A DNA stretch of 64,000 nucleotides from an uncultured Gammaproteobacteria bacterium. GTDB lineage: Bacteria > Pseudomonadota > Gammaproteobacteria > Xanthomonadales > Xanthomonadaceae. Every line of letters begins with the position of its first letter. Positions within the stretch are counted from its first letter, which is position 1. The DNA lies in the NCBI GenBank assembly GCA_963710825.1, contig CAVQBQ010000005.1, positions 769,504-833,503 of the forward strand, in the 5' to 3' direction. The translations under genes were made by a program, and so were the position numbers. The notes under the pieces were generated by a model. The model worked only from the letters and a program-made list of their open reading frames with translations. It was not told the DNA's origin and made no database searches. Positions 31,014 to 40,500 of the stretch are shown here, one piece after another.

Positions 31014-32987
31014 ATGTCACTTCCCCTCATTCTTCCGTTCTTGATCGGGCTCGGTGTGCTGCTGGTACTGGCGCTGGGCGTGTTTGGACTGTTCAAGGCG
31101 TTCTACCGCAAGGTCGACCAGGGCACTGCCCTTATCGTCAACGACATGAGCACGCAGCCCAAGGTGCACTTCACCGGCGGGTTGATCATCCCGGTGCTGT
31201 ACAAGGCCGAAGAGATGCAGATCAGCCTGATCACGCTGCAGGTCGATCGCCGCGGCAAGGAAGGCCTGATCTGCCGCGACAATATGCGCGCTGATATCTC
31301 GGTCGCCTTCTACCTCCGCGTCAACGAGACGCCGGCCGACGTGTTGCGGGTGGCCAAAGCCGTAGGCGCTGCACGTGCTTCGAACAAGAACGCGGTCGAT
31401 GAGTTGTTCAACGCCAAGTTCTCCGAGGCACTGAAGACCGTGGGCAAGCGCTTTGAATTCATCGACCTGTTCGAGAAGCGCCAGGAGTTCCGCGACGCGA
31501 TCGTCGATGTGATCGGCAGGGACCTCAATGGCTACGTGCTGGAAGACGTGGCCATCGACTACCTGGAGCAGACCCGCAAGACCGAACTGGACCCCAGCAA
31601 CATCATGGATGCCGAGGGTATCCGCAAGATCACCGAGCTCACTGCTGCGCAAAACGTGCGTACCAACGAGCTGGAGCAGGACGAGCGGCTTTCGATCACC
31701 AAGAAAAACACCGAGACCCGTGAGCACATGCTGCAGATGGAGCGCCAGCAGGCCGAGGCCGAAGCCAAGCAGAAGCGCGAAGTCGCCACTGTCCAGGCGC
31801 GCGAGGAAGCCGAAACCGCCAAGGTGCAGGAAGAGCAGCGCCAGGTCTCCGAGCGCGCGCGCATCGAGACGCTGGAGCAGGTCCAGATCCGTGAGCAGGA
31901 GCAGCTGCGCCAGGTAGAAGTCGCCGAGCAGAACCGCCGCCGCGCCGTGGCCATAGAGTCCGAGCGCGTGACCCGAGCCGAGCAGCTCGAGCAGGTGACC
32001 ACCGACAAGGAAGTCCAGCTGCAGGGCGTCGAGCGCGACAAGGTCGTCGAGCAGGGCCGCATGGACGTCGCCAACGTCGTGCGCGAGCGCACCCAGATCG
32101 AACAGACGGTGGCCGTGGCCGAAGAGAAGATCAAGGAAACCCGCCAGGTGTCGGAAGCCGATCGTGCCAAGCAGGTGTCGATCCTCGCCGCCGAGGCGTC
32201 GGCGCAGGAAACCCTGGTCATGCAGGTCAAGGCAGCCGAAGCGGGCGAGCAGTCGGCCAAGCATCGCGCCATGGAGATGACCCTGATCGCCGAAGCCGAG
32301 TTGGTCGCCGCTGCAAAGCAGTCCGATGCCAAGAAGGCACTCGCTGTCGGCATCCGTGCCGAGCAGGCGGCACCTGGCCTGGCGCTGGCCGAGGTTCAGG
32401 AAGCCACTGCCATTGCGTCCGAAAAGACCGGCGTGGCCGAGGCGCGCGTGATCGAAGCCAAGGCGGGCGCGAACTACAAGCAGGGCAACAGCGAAGCGCG
32501 CGTGCTCGCCGAACGCTTGGAAGCCGAGGCTGGCGGCCAGGCCAAGATGGGCCAGGCCAAGGCCGATGCGACCCAGGCGATGGGCGAGGCAGAAGCCGAC
32601 GCCGTAGGTCGGCGCATGGGCGCCGAGGCCGAGGGCCTGACCGCCAAGTTCGCAGCCATGGGCAAGATGAGCCCGGAAGCGCGCCAGCACGAGGAGTTCC
32701 GCATGCAGCTGGAAACCACGTTGCGGCAACTGTTGGCATCGCTGGAAGCGGGCAAGGACATCTCGCGCGAGAATGCCTCGGTACTGGCCAATGCCCTCAA
32801 CGGCGCCAACATCGAGCTGATCGGCGGCGACGGTGGTGTGTTTGATGCGCTCACCAAGGGTGTCTCGATCGGCAAGGCGCTGGAGGGCATCACCGGCGAG
32901 AGCCCGGTCCTCAAGCAGATGCTGGGCCGACTGGCTGGCCTGCCGGCGCCGCAGGCCGACTCGAAGGCTTCGGCACCCGAAGCCTGA
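31014..32987 (+). CDS. Flotillin-family SPFH/band-7 protein (YqiK-like)
   Basis: 657 aa. N-terminal TM, SPFH domain (…ISLITLQVDRRGKEGLICRDNMRADISVAFYLRVNET…), then a very long Glu/Ala/Gln/Arg-rich flotillin coiled-coil. Confidence 0.85.
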   Translation: MSLPLILPFLIGLGVLLVLALGVFGLFKAFYRKVDQGTALIVNDMSTQPKVHFTGGLIIPVLYKAEEMQISLITLQVDRRGKEGLICRDNMRADISVAFYLRVNETPADVLRVAKAVGAARASNKNAVDELFNAKFSEALKTVGKRFEFIDLFEKRQEFRDAIVDVIGRDLNGYVLEDVAIDYLEQTRKTELDPSNIMDAEGIRKITELTAAQNVRTNELEQDERLSITKKNTETREHMLQMERQQAEAEAKQKREVATVQAREEAETAKVQEEQRQVSERARIETLEQVQIREQEQLRQVEVAEQNRRRAVAIESERVTRAEQLEQVTTDKEVQLQGVERDKVVEQGRMDVANVVRERTQIEQTVAVAEEKIKETRQVSEADRAKQVSILAAEASAQETLVMQVKAAEAGEQSAKHRAMEMTLIAEAELVAAAKQSDAKKALAVGIRAEQAAPGLALAEVQEATAIASEKTGVAEARVIEAKAGANYKQGNSEARVLAERLEAEAGGQAKMGQAKADATQAMGEAEADAVGRRMGAEAEGLTAKFAAMGKMSPEARQHEEFRMQLETTLRQLLASLEAGKDISRENASVLANALNGANIELIGGDGGVFDALTKGVSIGKALEGITGESPVLKQMLGRLAGLPAPQADSKASAPEA

Positions 32988-33062
32988 TCCCGCCGGCGCC
33001 CGGCATGCCGGGCCCCGGTGTTGCCTGCGCCTCTTGCCTGCGCCATCAAGGACTGAAGCTTC

Positions 33063-36000
33063 ATGACGGATTCCAACACCACGGACGCCAACGCATCACT
33101 CGACCAGGCCGTCGCCCAGGGCGGTGCCTACGAGGTACTGCGCCAGCGACTCTCCGAGCAGGGCCGGCGACTGCGCGAGGTCGCCGACACGCTCAACGCC
33201 AAGCGACTGCAGGAGTTCGGCGATTCCCGTATGGAAATCGTGGGCCGCCTGCGGGTGCGCAGCGAGCAGAATGCGCTGGGCCGCGACGTAGTGCAGGTCG
33301 GGAATCAATTGCTCTTCGGTTACAACGTGTTCCTTGGGCTCAAGACCAGCACCGTCGTGGCCGACGTCTTCAGCCTGTATCGCCTGGTGGAGACTACAGG
33401 CGGCTACGACGTCACTCCGGTCGACCTGGGTACGAGCTTCCTTGCTGATCCCGCGTTCCAGAGGGATTTCGAAGAGCTCTACGCGTATTCCAAAAACGCG
33501 CGTCTGCTCCAGCTGTTGGTCAAGGACGGCAAGCTGCTGGCGTCGTTCCAGGTGGGACTCAAGACCACCGATATCCGCGTGTTCCGCTGGCAGCTGGCCA
33601 GCAGCGGCGAGATCTCCTACATCGACACCCGAGGCGAGCGCGACGTGGTGCTGCCGGCGCCGTTCGACTTCCAGTGGACGCGCGCCGACAAGGACATGGA
33701 AGTCAGCGGGCGCTTCCCGCACCTGAATATCCTCGACACCCTGTTCGTCGAAACCACCGGCGGTGACTTGACGATCAAGGTCGAGAACAACACCGAGACC
33801 GGCGAAGGCGTCTACAGCGAGCCGGTCGAGGATCGGACCCAGTCACTCGACGACGCGCAGGTCGAATTCGCCAAGGTCGGCACGCTGGTCCTGCTCAAGG
33901 TCTTGCCCTACCGGGAAACCCGGTGGCGCGGCCTGATATTCAACACGTTGACCGGCAAGGTATCGCGGGTGGATGCCATCGTCCAGGCATGTGTCCAGCT
34001 GCCCGAAGACCACGGCATCATCTTTCCCGGTGGCTATTACCTGCAGAGCGGCGAGCACAAGGCTTTCGACGCCGCGGTCGCCGGGATGCATTACAGGCGC
34101 ACGATCCGCTCGCCCAATGGCGAAGACGTGCTGTATGTGTTCTACGAACCCGAGAGCGGGCTGATCGCCCTGTTGGTTTACAACATGGTGCAGCGCCGCT
34201 TGCAGCCGCCGGTGCTTGCGCATGGTTACGCGCGCCTGCCCGATGGCCGCATGGTCCTGTTCCTGGCCGAAAACGACGATCCGACCCGCGTGCACCAGAT
34301 GCAGGTCTGGCAGACACCATTCGCGAGCGACGAGTTTGCCGCGGGGCGCCCTCCCAGCAGCACGTTCATGGGCCGGGTTGGCAATGCCGAGCTGGTGCGC
34401 GCCATCTCCAACGTCTACGACCTGACCCGCGACATCGAGCGCGAGGAGGTCACCGCCCAGCGCTATGAGCTGCTCGCCCACGCTACCCGCAAGCTGTTCG
34501 ACGCGCACCACTGGATCGACGATGCACATACCGGGGGCCTGTCCACGCTGCTGCACGAGATCGCGGCCACCGGCGAGTCGGTGCTGGACGAATTCGAGAA
34601 GGTCGTCGCCATCCGCCAGCAGTCGCAGGTCGCCATGGACAAGGCCAAGGTCGCGCAGCGCGCCTTGCTGGGACGGCTGCAGCCCGAGGGCTGGAACCAG
34701 GCGCAGGAGTTCGTGGACGCGCTCAACGCGATCAGTGCCCAGCGCGGCCACCTGCTGACCATCCGCGAGTTGCGCTACATCGACACCCGCGCCATCGATG
34801 CGATGGTGGAGGCCTTGGGTCAAGCCCACGAGGATGTGGGTGCGGCCACCGGCCGTTTCCTGGCGACCGACCAGGCGCTGGCGCCCTTCGAGCAGCGCTT
34901 ATCGACGCTCGACGACGCGGCGCAAAAGGCCACCACAGCCGTGCAATTGGCCGAGCGATTGGCCGGCATGCAGGGCATGTCGGCGGACCTGGACATGCTC
35001 TCCGAGTTGATGGCCTCGCTGAAGGTCGATGACCCCACGCAACGCACGCAGGTCGTGGACACGCTGTCCAACCTTTACTCGCGCCTCAACCAGGCCAAGG
35101 CACGGGCCGATCTGCGCCGCAAATCCTTGGGATCGGCCGAAGCGGTCGCCCAGTTCGGGGCCCAGTTCACCTTGTTCGGACAGTCGCTGGCCAGCGCCCT
35201 GGGGATGGCGACCACGCCGGAAAAAGCGGACGAACACCTTTCGCGCCTGATGGTCCAGCTTGAGGAGATCGAGAGCCAGTTCGGAGAGCATGAAGAATTC
35301 CTCGGTGACATCCTGGGCAAGCGCGAGGAGTTGCTCGAAGCGTTCGAAAGCCACAAACAGGCCTTGCTCGACCAACGCCAACGCAAGGCGCAATCCGTCA
35401 TGGACGCGGCCAGCCGTATCCTGGATGGCCTGCCCCGGCGCACCGAACGATTCGCAAGCGCCGACGAGCTCAACGCCTTCTTTGCCGGCGACACGCTGAT
35501 CCAGAAGCTGCGCGAGCTGGCCGGGCGTTTGCGCGAGCTCAAGGACACCGTCAAGGCCGACGACGTCGAATCGCGGATCAAATCGGCCCGCGACCAGGCC
35601 GTCCGCGCCCTGCGTGATCGCAGCGACCTGTTCGAAGACGGCGGCAACGTCATCAAGCTGGGGCCGCGTCATCGGTTCAGCGTCAATACCCAACCGCTGG
35701 ACCTGACCCTGCTCCCGCGCGGCGACCACTTGGCCGTGCACTTGACCGGCACCGACTTCATGGAGGCCATCGACGATATCGAGCTCGCGGCGCTCAAGCC
35801 GTTCTGGTCGGTCACGCTGGAATCGGAGTCGCCGGACATCTCCCGTGCCGAATACCTGGCAGGTCAGATACTGGAAGCAGCCATGGCCGATCGTGACGGC
35901 CTGGACTTGCCTGGCTTGCACGGCCTGGCTGCGGACACGCAAGCGCTTGGCAAGGCCGTGCGCGACTTCGCGGCACCGCGCTACCGCGACGGATACGAGA

Positions 36001-38426
36001 AAGGGATCCATGACCACGATGCCACCCTGATCCTGCAGGCGCTACTTGCCGTGCAACGCGATGCCGGCACCCTGGTCCATCCACCCGCGGCGCGCGCGCT
36101 GGCCTTCGACTTCTGGGCCAACCTGGGCGACGACGCCGTCGAGTGGATTGTGCGGGTCCGGGCCGCGCGCGCCGTGGATGCTCTTAGCATGGGTGGCAAC
36201 GGCATTGCACAGTTGCAAGCGGGTCTGGCGACGGCAATCGACCAGTACGCTTTTACGGGCGATCGAATCTTTCCGGTCACCGACGCGCAACCGGCGGAAG
36301 CTGCCGCCTATCTCATAGAAAGCATCACCGGCACCGCCCCCGCATTCCAGGCCAGTGCCGGCGCGGACATCTTGGAGCGCGCCCTACGCGAGGCCCTGCG
36401 GTCCGGCGACGTCGGTAGCGTCTTCGAAGCTGCCTTGGGACATCTGCAAGCGCGCCCGGGTGCCCGCTGGTCATTGGTCCAGCAGGCATTGGAGTCGATC
36501 GCAGTCCGCCCGGATCTGGGCGAGTACGCACGCTATGTACCCGAAGCCACGGCGCTGTACCTGCATGGCAAGGAACTCGCACCCACGATCGGCCAGGCCC
36601 CCCTGTCGGCGACGGTCAGCGGCTTGCTGGGGCAGCATCCTCGTATCCAGGACGGCACCCTGACCGTGGCGATCGATGAGGCCATCGCGCGATACAAGCA
36701 TCACGCCACGCAGTTCGTCCCCGCCTACCAGCGCTACCTGGCCCTGCGATCCCAGGTGATCCAGCGCGAGCGCGAAGCAATGCGGCTGGAAGAATTCAAG
36801 GCGCGTCCGCTGACCTCGTTCGTGCGCAACAAGCTCATCAACGACGTCTACCTGCCGGTCATCGGCGACAACCTCGCCAAGCAGATGGGCACGGCGGGCG
36901 AGGGCAAGCGTAGCGACCTGATGGGGCTGCTGATGATGATTTCGCCGCCTGGTTACGGCAAGACCACGTTGATGGAATACGTCGCCCACCAGCTTGGCCT
37001 GGTCTTCATGAAGATCAACGGGCCGGCCCTCGGCCACGAGGTGCGTTCGCTGGATCCCGCTCAGGCACCCGATGCGACGTCGCGGCAGGAGCTGGAGAAG
37101 CTCAACCTGGCGCTGGAGATGGGCAGCAACGTGATGCTTTACATCGATGACATCCAGCACACACACCCGGAATTCCTGCAGAAGTTCATTTCCTTGTGCG
37201 ACGGCACCCGCCGCATCGAAGGTGTCTGGCATGGCAAGACGCGCACCTACGACATGCGCGGCAAGAAGTTCGCGGTGGTGATGGCCGGCAACCCGTACAC
37301 CGAATCGGGCGAGGTCTTCAAGATCCCGGACATGCTGGCCAACCGGGCCGACATCTACAACCTGGGCGACGTGCTCGGGGGCATGGAGGACTCCTTTGTC
37401 CTGAGTTACCTGGAGAACAGCCTGACGTCCAACCCGGTGTTGGCCCCGTTGGCGACGCGTGACATGTCCGACCTGTACCTGCTGGTTGACAAGGCGCGCG
37501 GCAAGGAGGTCTCCACCAATGCGCTCAAGCACGCCTACAGCGGCGCGGAGATCAACGAGATCGTAGGTGTGCTGCAACGCCTGATGGCGGTGCGCGACGT
37601 GGTGTACCGCGTCAACCAGCAATACATCGAGAGCGCGTCGCAGGCCGACAAATATCGCGTCGAGCCGCCGTTCAAGCTGCAGGGCAGCTACCGCAACATG
37701 AACAAGCTGGCGGAGAAGGTCTCGCCGGTGATGAATGACGCCGAATTGCAGCAACTCGTGTCCGATCACTACCTGGGCGAGTCGCAACTGTTGACCACCG
37801 GCGCCGAGGAAAACCTCCTGAAGCTCGCCGAGTTGCGAGGCAACATGACGGCGGAACAGCAGGCACGCTGGGACCGGATCCGCGCCGATTTCCTGCGCAA
37901 CAAGGCAATGGGCGCCGATGATGCAGATGTCGGGGGTCGAATGGTCGCGCAACTGGCCGACATCGCCGGCAACCTGGAGTCGTTGCGTCAGGAACCCATG
38001 GAGAAGACCGGCCCGGCGCCGTGGGACGAGGTGATCGGGCTGCTTGAGCGGCTCGGGCAGAGGGAAGTCCACGCAACGGCACGGCCATCCCCGGCAGCCC
38101 CACACACTTCAATCAAGCCGGAACTCGATGCCATGTTCGACGGGCTGCAGGCCCATCAAGCCCCGTTGCTTGAGATCCTGAGGGCCACGCTGACCCGGCA
38201 GGACATCCTCAACGACACCATGGTCGACGTGTTTGATCGATTGGCCCAGACCGCATCGTCCCCAGCTACCGAGGCTGACGATCAAGACGGCCACCGCCCT
38301 GTCGAGCACACCCTGCGCGTGCGAAGCGCCCGTGAAATCGCCTTCGAGCGCGAACTGGCCAACCTGCGATTCCGCCACGAAGGGCCTGCCCGCACGAGCA
38401 AGCCTGCAACGGATCCAGACGCTTGA
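33063..38426 (+). CDS. Giant (1787 aa) uncharacterised protein with an internal AAA+ ATPase core
   Basis: Uninterrupted ORF with normal codon bias. Walker A LMMISPPGYGKTTLMEYVAH (~aa 1290-1310), Walker B NVMLYIDDIQH (~aa 1355), sensor-1-like FAVVMAGNPYTESG and an Arg-finger region FKIPDMLANRADIYNLGD (MoxR/dynein-like AAA+). ~1270 aa of unassigned sequence lie N-terminal and ~330 aa C-terminal. Confidence 0.8.
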   Translation: MTDSNTTDANASLDQAVAQGGAYEVLRQRLSEQGRRLREVADTLNAKRLQEFGDSRMEIVGRLRVRSEQNALGRDVVQVGNQLLFGYNVFLGLKTSTVVADVFSLYRLVETTGGYDVTPVDLGTSFLADPAFQRDFEELYAYSKNARLLQLLVKDGKLLASFQVGLKTTDIRVFRWQLASSGEISYIDTRGERDVVLPAPFDFQWTRADKDMEVSGRFPHLNILDTLFVETTGGDLTIKVENNTETGEGVYSEPVEDRTQSLDDAQVEFAKVGTLVLLKVLPYRETRWRGLIFNTLTGKVSRVDAIVQACVQLPEDHGIIFPGGYYLQSGEHKAFDAAVAGMHYRRTIRSPNGEDVLYVFYEPESGLIALLVYNMVQRRLQPPVLAHGYARLPDGRMVLFLAENDDPTRVHQMQVWQTPFASDEFAAGRPPSSTFMGRVGNAELVRAISNVYDLTRDIEREEVTAQRYELLAHATRKLFDAHHWIDDAHTGGLSTLLHEIAATGESVLDEFEKVVAIRQQSQVAMDKAKVAQRALLGRLQPEGWNQAQEFVDALNAISAQRGHLLTIRELRYIDTRAIDAMVEALGQAHEDVGAATGRFLATDQALAPFEQRLSTLDDAAQKATTAVQLAERLAGMQGMSADLDMLSELMASLKVDDPTQRTQVVDTLSNLYSRLNQAKARADLRRKSLGSAEAVAQFGAQFTLFGQSLASALGMATTPEKADEHLSRLMVQLEEIESQFGEHEEFLGDILGKREELLEAFESHKQALLDQRQRKAQSVMDAASRILDGLPRRTERFASADELNAFFAGDTLIQKLRELAGRLRELKDTVKADDVESRIKSARDQAVRALRDRSDLFEDGGNVIKLGPRHRFSVNTQPLDLTLLPRGDHLAVHLTGTDFMEAIDDIELAALKPFWSVTLESESPDISRAEYLAGQILEAAMADRDGLDLPGLHGLAADTQALGKAVRDFAAPRYRDGYEKGIHDHDATLILQALLAVQRDAGTLVHPPAARALAFDFWANLGDDAVEWIVRVRAARAVDALSMGGNGIAQLQAGLATAIDQYAFTGDRIFPVTDAQPAEAAAYLIESITGTAPAFQASAGADILERALREALRSGDVGSVFEAALGHLQARPGARWSLVQQALESIAVRPDLGEYARYVPEATALYLHGKELAPTIGQAPLSATVSGLLGQHPRIQDGTLTVAIDEAIARYKHHATQFVPAYQRYLALRSQVIQREREAMRLEEFKARPLTSFVRNKLINDVYLPVIGDNLAKQMGTAGEGKRSDLMGLLMMISPPGYGKTTLMEYVAHQLGLVFMKINGPALGHEVRSLDPAQAPDATSRQELEKLNLALEMGSNVMLYIDDIQHTHPEFLQKFISLCDGTRRIEGVWHGKTRTYDMRGKKFAVVMAGNPYTESGEVFKIPDMLANRADIYNLGDVLGGMEDSFVLSYLENSLTSNPVLAPLATRDMSDLYLLVDKARGKEVSTNALKHAYSGAEINEIVGVLQRLMAVRDVVYRVNQQYIESASQADKYRVEPPFKLQGSYRNMNKLAEKVSPVMNDAELQQLVSDHYLGESQLLTTGAEENLLKLAELRGNMTAEQQARWDRIRADFLRNKAMGADDADVGGRMVAQLADIAGNLESLRQEPMEKTGPAPWDEVIGLLERLGQREVHATARPSPAAPHTSIKPELDAMFDGLQAHQAPLLEILRATLTRQDILNDTMVDVFDRLAQTASSPATEADDQDGHRPVEHTLRVRSAREIAFERELANLRFRHEGPARTSKPATDPDA

Positions 38427-39124
38427 CCGGGACGTTCGACATTGCCGAAGCAAGTCGATTCGGGGAAGCATCCGTCCGCCACGATTTGATGCGCGACGCG
38501 GCCAACATGGCCGATGCCTCCCCTGCAGCGCTCCTTCTGAAGAGCGTCCAGACGATCCACAAGGTGCTTCTCTCTGCGGATCCACGATCCCTCAAGCGCA
38601 GCATCGGCTGGTTCGGACGGCTGTTGGGTCGCGACATTGCCTTGCAGGCCGAGTCGGAGGCGCTGCGTAGCCATCTGCGTGTAGACATCCTTGAAGCGCA
38701 TCGTCTGCTTCATGACCTGCAACTCCATGACAAACGGCTGCAGCAGCTTCGCGACGATTTTGGCCAGGCCATCAAGCAACTGGACGCGGATGTTGCCGCG
38801 CTCAACAGCCAGGTCATGGACAGCACCGATGTGGGTCTGTCGACCGTCATTGCCCAACGAACGCAATTTCTTGCTTCGCTGGCCTACAGCTACCGGATGA
38901 CCGGTGCCCACCTGGATCTGACCGTCACCAACCACCGGGAGCTTGCCCGGCGCGTCGCCCTCATGCTGCCTCGGGTGGAGCTGTTGCTGGACCAGGACAG
39001 GTTGTTGCGTGCAGGCCATACCGAAAACACCGCAATCCAGTCAGCCGCGCAGTCGATGGATGGGCTGGTCGACCTCATTGACCCCCCGGGGGAGTTACCC
39101 TCGATCCAGACCACAAGGACCTAG
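38423..39124 (+). CDS. TelA-like coiled-coil protein, shorter paralogue (possible TTG start overlapping the giant gene's stop; alternative ATG at 38483)
   Basis: 233 aa helical protein whose pattern (...LRSHLRVDILEAHRLLHDLQLHDKRLQQLRDDFGQAIKQLDADVAALNSQ...) parallels the middle region of the next gene. Tightly coupled on both sides. Confidence 0.45.
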   Translation: MTGTFDIAEASRFGEASVRHDLMRDAANMADASPAALLLKSVQTIHKVLLSADPRSLKRSIGWFGRLLGRDIALQAESEALRSHLRVDILEAHRLLHDLQLHDKRLQQLRDDFGQAIKQLDADVAALNSQVMDSTDVGLSTVIAQRTQFLASLAYSYRMTGAHLDLTVTNHRELARRVALMLPRVELLLDQDRLLRAGHTENTAIQSAAQSMDGLVDLIDPPGELPSIQTTRT

Positions 39125-39126
39125 TC

Positions 39127-40224
39127 ATGAACCAGCCCCCTTCCGAGCCTTCACAAGCCCTGCTCCCGCCCTCGCTCAACGCGCAGTCCCTCAAGGACCT
39201 GGGCCTGTCGTCGGAGGATGTCGAACCCATCCTTGAAACGGCCAAGGCACTGCAGGATCTAAGCCCGGGCAACCTGCACGGTTATGGGCGCCAGGCCGCT
39301 GGCCGGACCACCAGTTTCAGCACGCAATTGCTGGACAAGGTGCGCAACACCGACCTGGACGAGAGCGGCAACAAGCTCGGCGAGGTGGTCCGGATCGCAC
39401 GCAGCCTCAACCTGTCGGCGCTCAACGAGCGATCCAGGGTCCCGGTCATCGGTGCTCTGATCGACAAGCTCAAGACGACCAAAGGCGAGTTGGTACAGCG
39501 TTACAGCTCCACCAACAAACAGGTCGACGAGTTGATGCATGACGTTGGCCGCACCCAGGCCTTGCAACAGCAACGCGTGCGTGAGTACGACCAGATGCAC
39601 GCCATCGTGCTGGAGGAGCGCCACGACCTCGGCATCCATGTCGCCGCCGGCCGCATCCGCATCGCCGAGTTGCAGCAGGACATCGCCGGGTTGGAAGGCC
39701 GGGACGATCCGGAATCGCGTACGCAGCGTGCCGAGCTCGACACCGCTTTGCGGCTGATCGACAAGCGGGTGTCGGACCTGCAGGTCCTGCAACATGCCGC
39801 CACCCAGACGCTGCCGATGATCCGGCTGATCCAGGCCAATGCGATCCAGTTGATCGAGAAGTTCAGCGCCGTGCGCGACATCACCCTTCCGATGTGGCGC
39901 AATCAATTTGCGATCCAGCTGTCACTGGCCGACCAGCGCAACGCGGTGGACCTGGCCAACGCCATCGACGACGCCAGCAACGAGCTGATGCGCAAGAACG
40001 CCGAGTTGATCCACTCGACTGCCGTGGGCAGCGCCAAGGCCAACCAGCGATCGATCATCGACCTGGAAACCCTGCAAACGGTCAACGACACACTCATCAG
40101 CACGGTCGAGGAGGTGCGCCAGATCCATCGCGACGGCATGGCAGCACGTCAGCAGTTGAGTGTCGAGATCGCGACGATGCGCGACGATCTCGAAAAACGC
40201 CTGTCGTTGACCACGACCCCTTGA
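39127..40224 (+). CDS. TelA-like (toxic-anion-resistance family) protein
   Basis: 365 aa, all-helical. Size and coiled-coil layout fit the TelA/KlaB family. Adjacent to a TerB-like gene. Family assignment is by resemblance only. Confidence 0.45.
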   Translation: MNQPPSEPSQALLPPSLNAQSLKDLGLSSEDVEPILETAKALQDLSPGNLHGYGRQAAGRTTSFSTQLLDKVRNTDLDESGNKLGEVVRIARSLNLSALNERSRVPVIGALIDKLKTTKGELVQRYSSTNKQVDELMHDVGRTQALQQQRVREYDQMHAIVLEERHDLGIHVAAGRIRIAELQQDIAGLEGRDDPESRTQRAELDTALRLIDKRVSDLQVLQHAATQTLPMIRLIQANAIQLIEKFSAVRDITLPMWRNQFAIQLSLADQRNAVDLANAIDDASNELMRKNAELIHSTAVGSAKANQRSIIDLETLQTVNDTLISTVEEVRQIHRDGMAARQQLSVEIATMRDDLEKRLSLTTTP

Positions 40225-40254
40225 GATTGACCACGCCAACGAAGGAAAGAACCA

Positions 40255-40500
40255 GTGAACATCAAGCACAGCCATCTCGAAATCGCGCTCAAGTCCATCT
40301 CCTGCTTCCAGAGTAATGGCCGGCTTGACGTCCAGGAGCTCGACGCACTGGTCGCCATCGCCGAGCGCGACGGTTCGATCAATCCGCAAGAGGCGCAGGT
40401 GCTTGATGACATCATCCAGAAGATCAGCCCGGGTGAGATCGATGCGGCCATGAAGGAACGCATCGAAGCGTTGAAAAAAAAGCTGGCGGCTGTGGGCTGA
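40255..40500 (+). CDS. Small TerB-like (tellurite-resistance TerB / DjlA N-domain fold) protein; GTG start with a good RBS (AAGGAAAG)
   Basis: 81 aa. ...SNGRLDVQELDALVAIAERDGSINPQEAQVLDDIIQ... matches the TerB-like D-G-x-I-x-x-x-E repeat pattern. Confidence 0.45.
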   Translation: MNIKHSHLEIALKSISCFQSNGRLDVQELDALVAIAERDGSINPQEAQVLDDIIQKISPGEIDAAMKERIEALKKKLAAVG

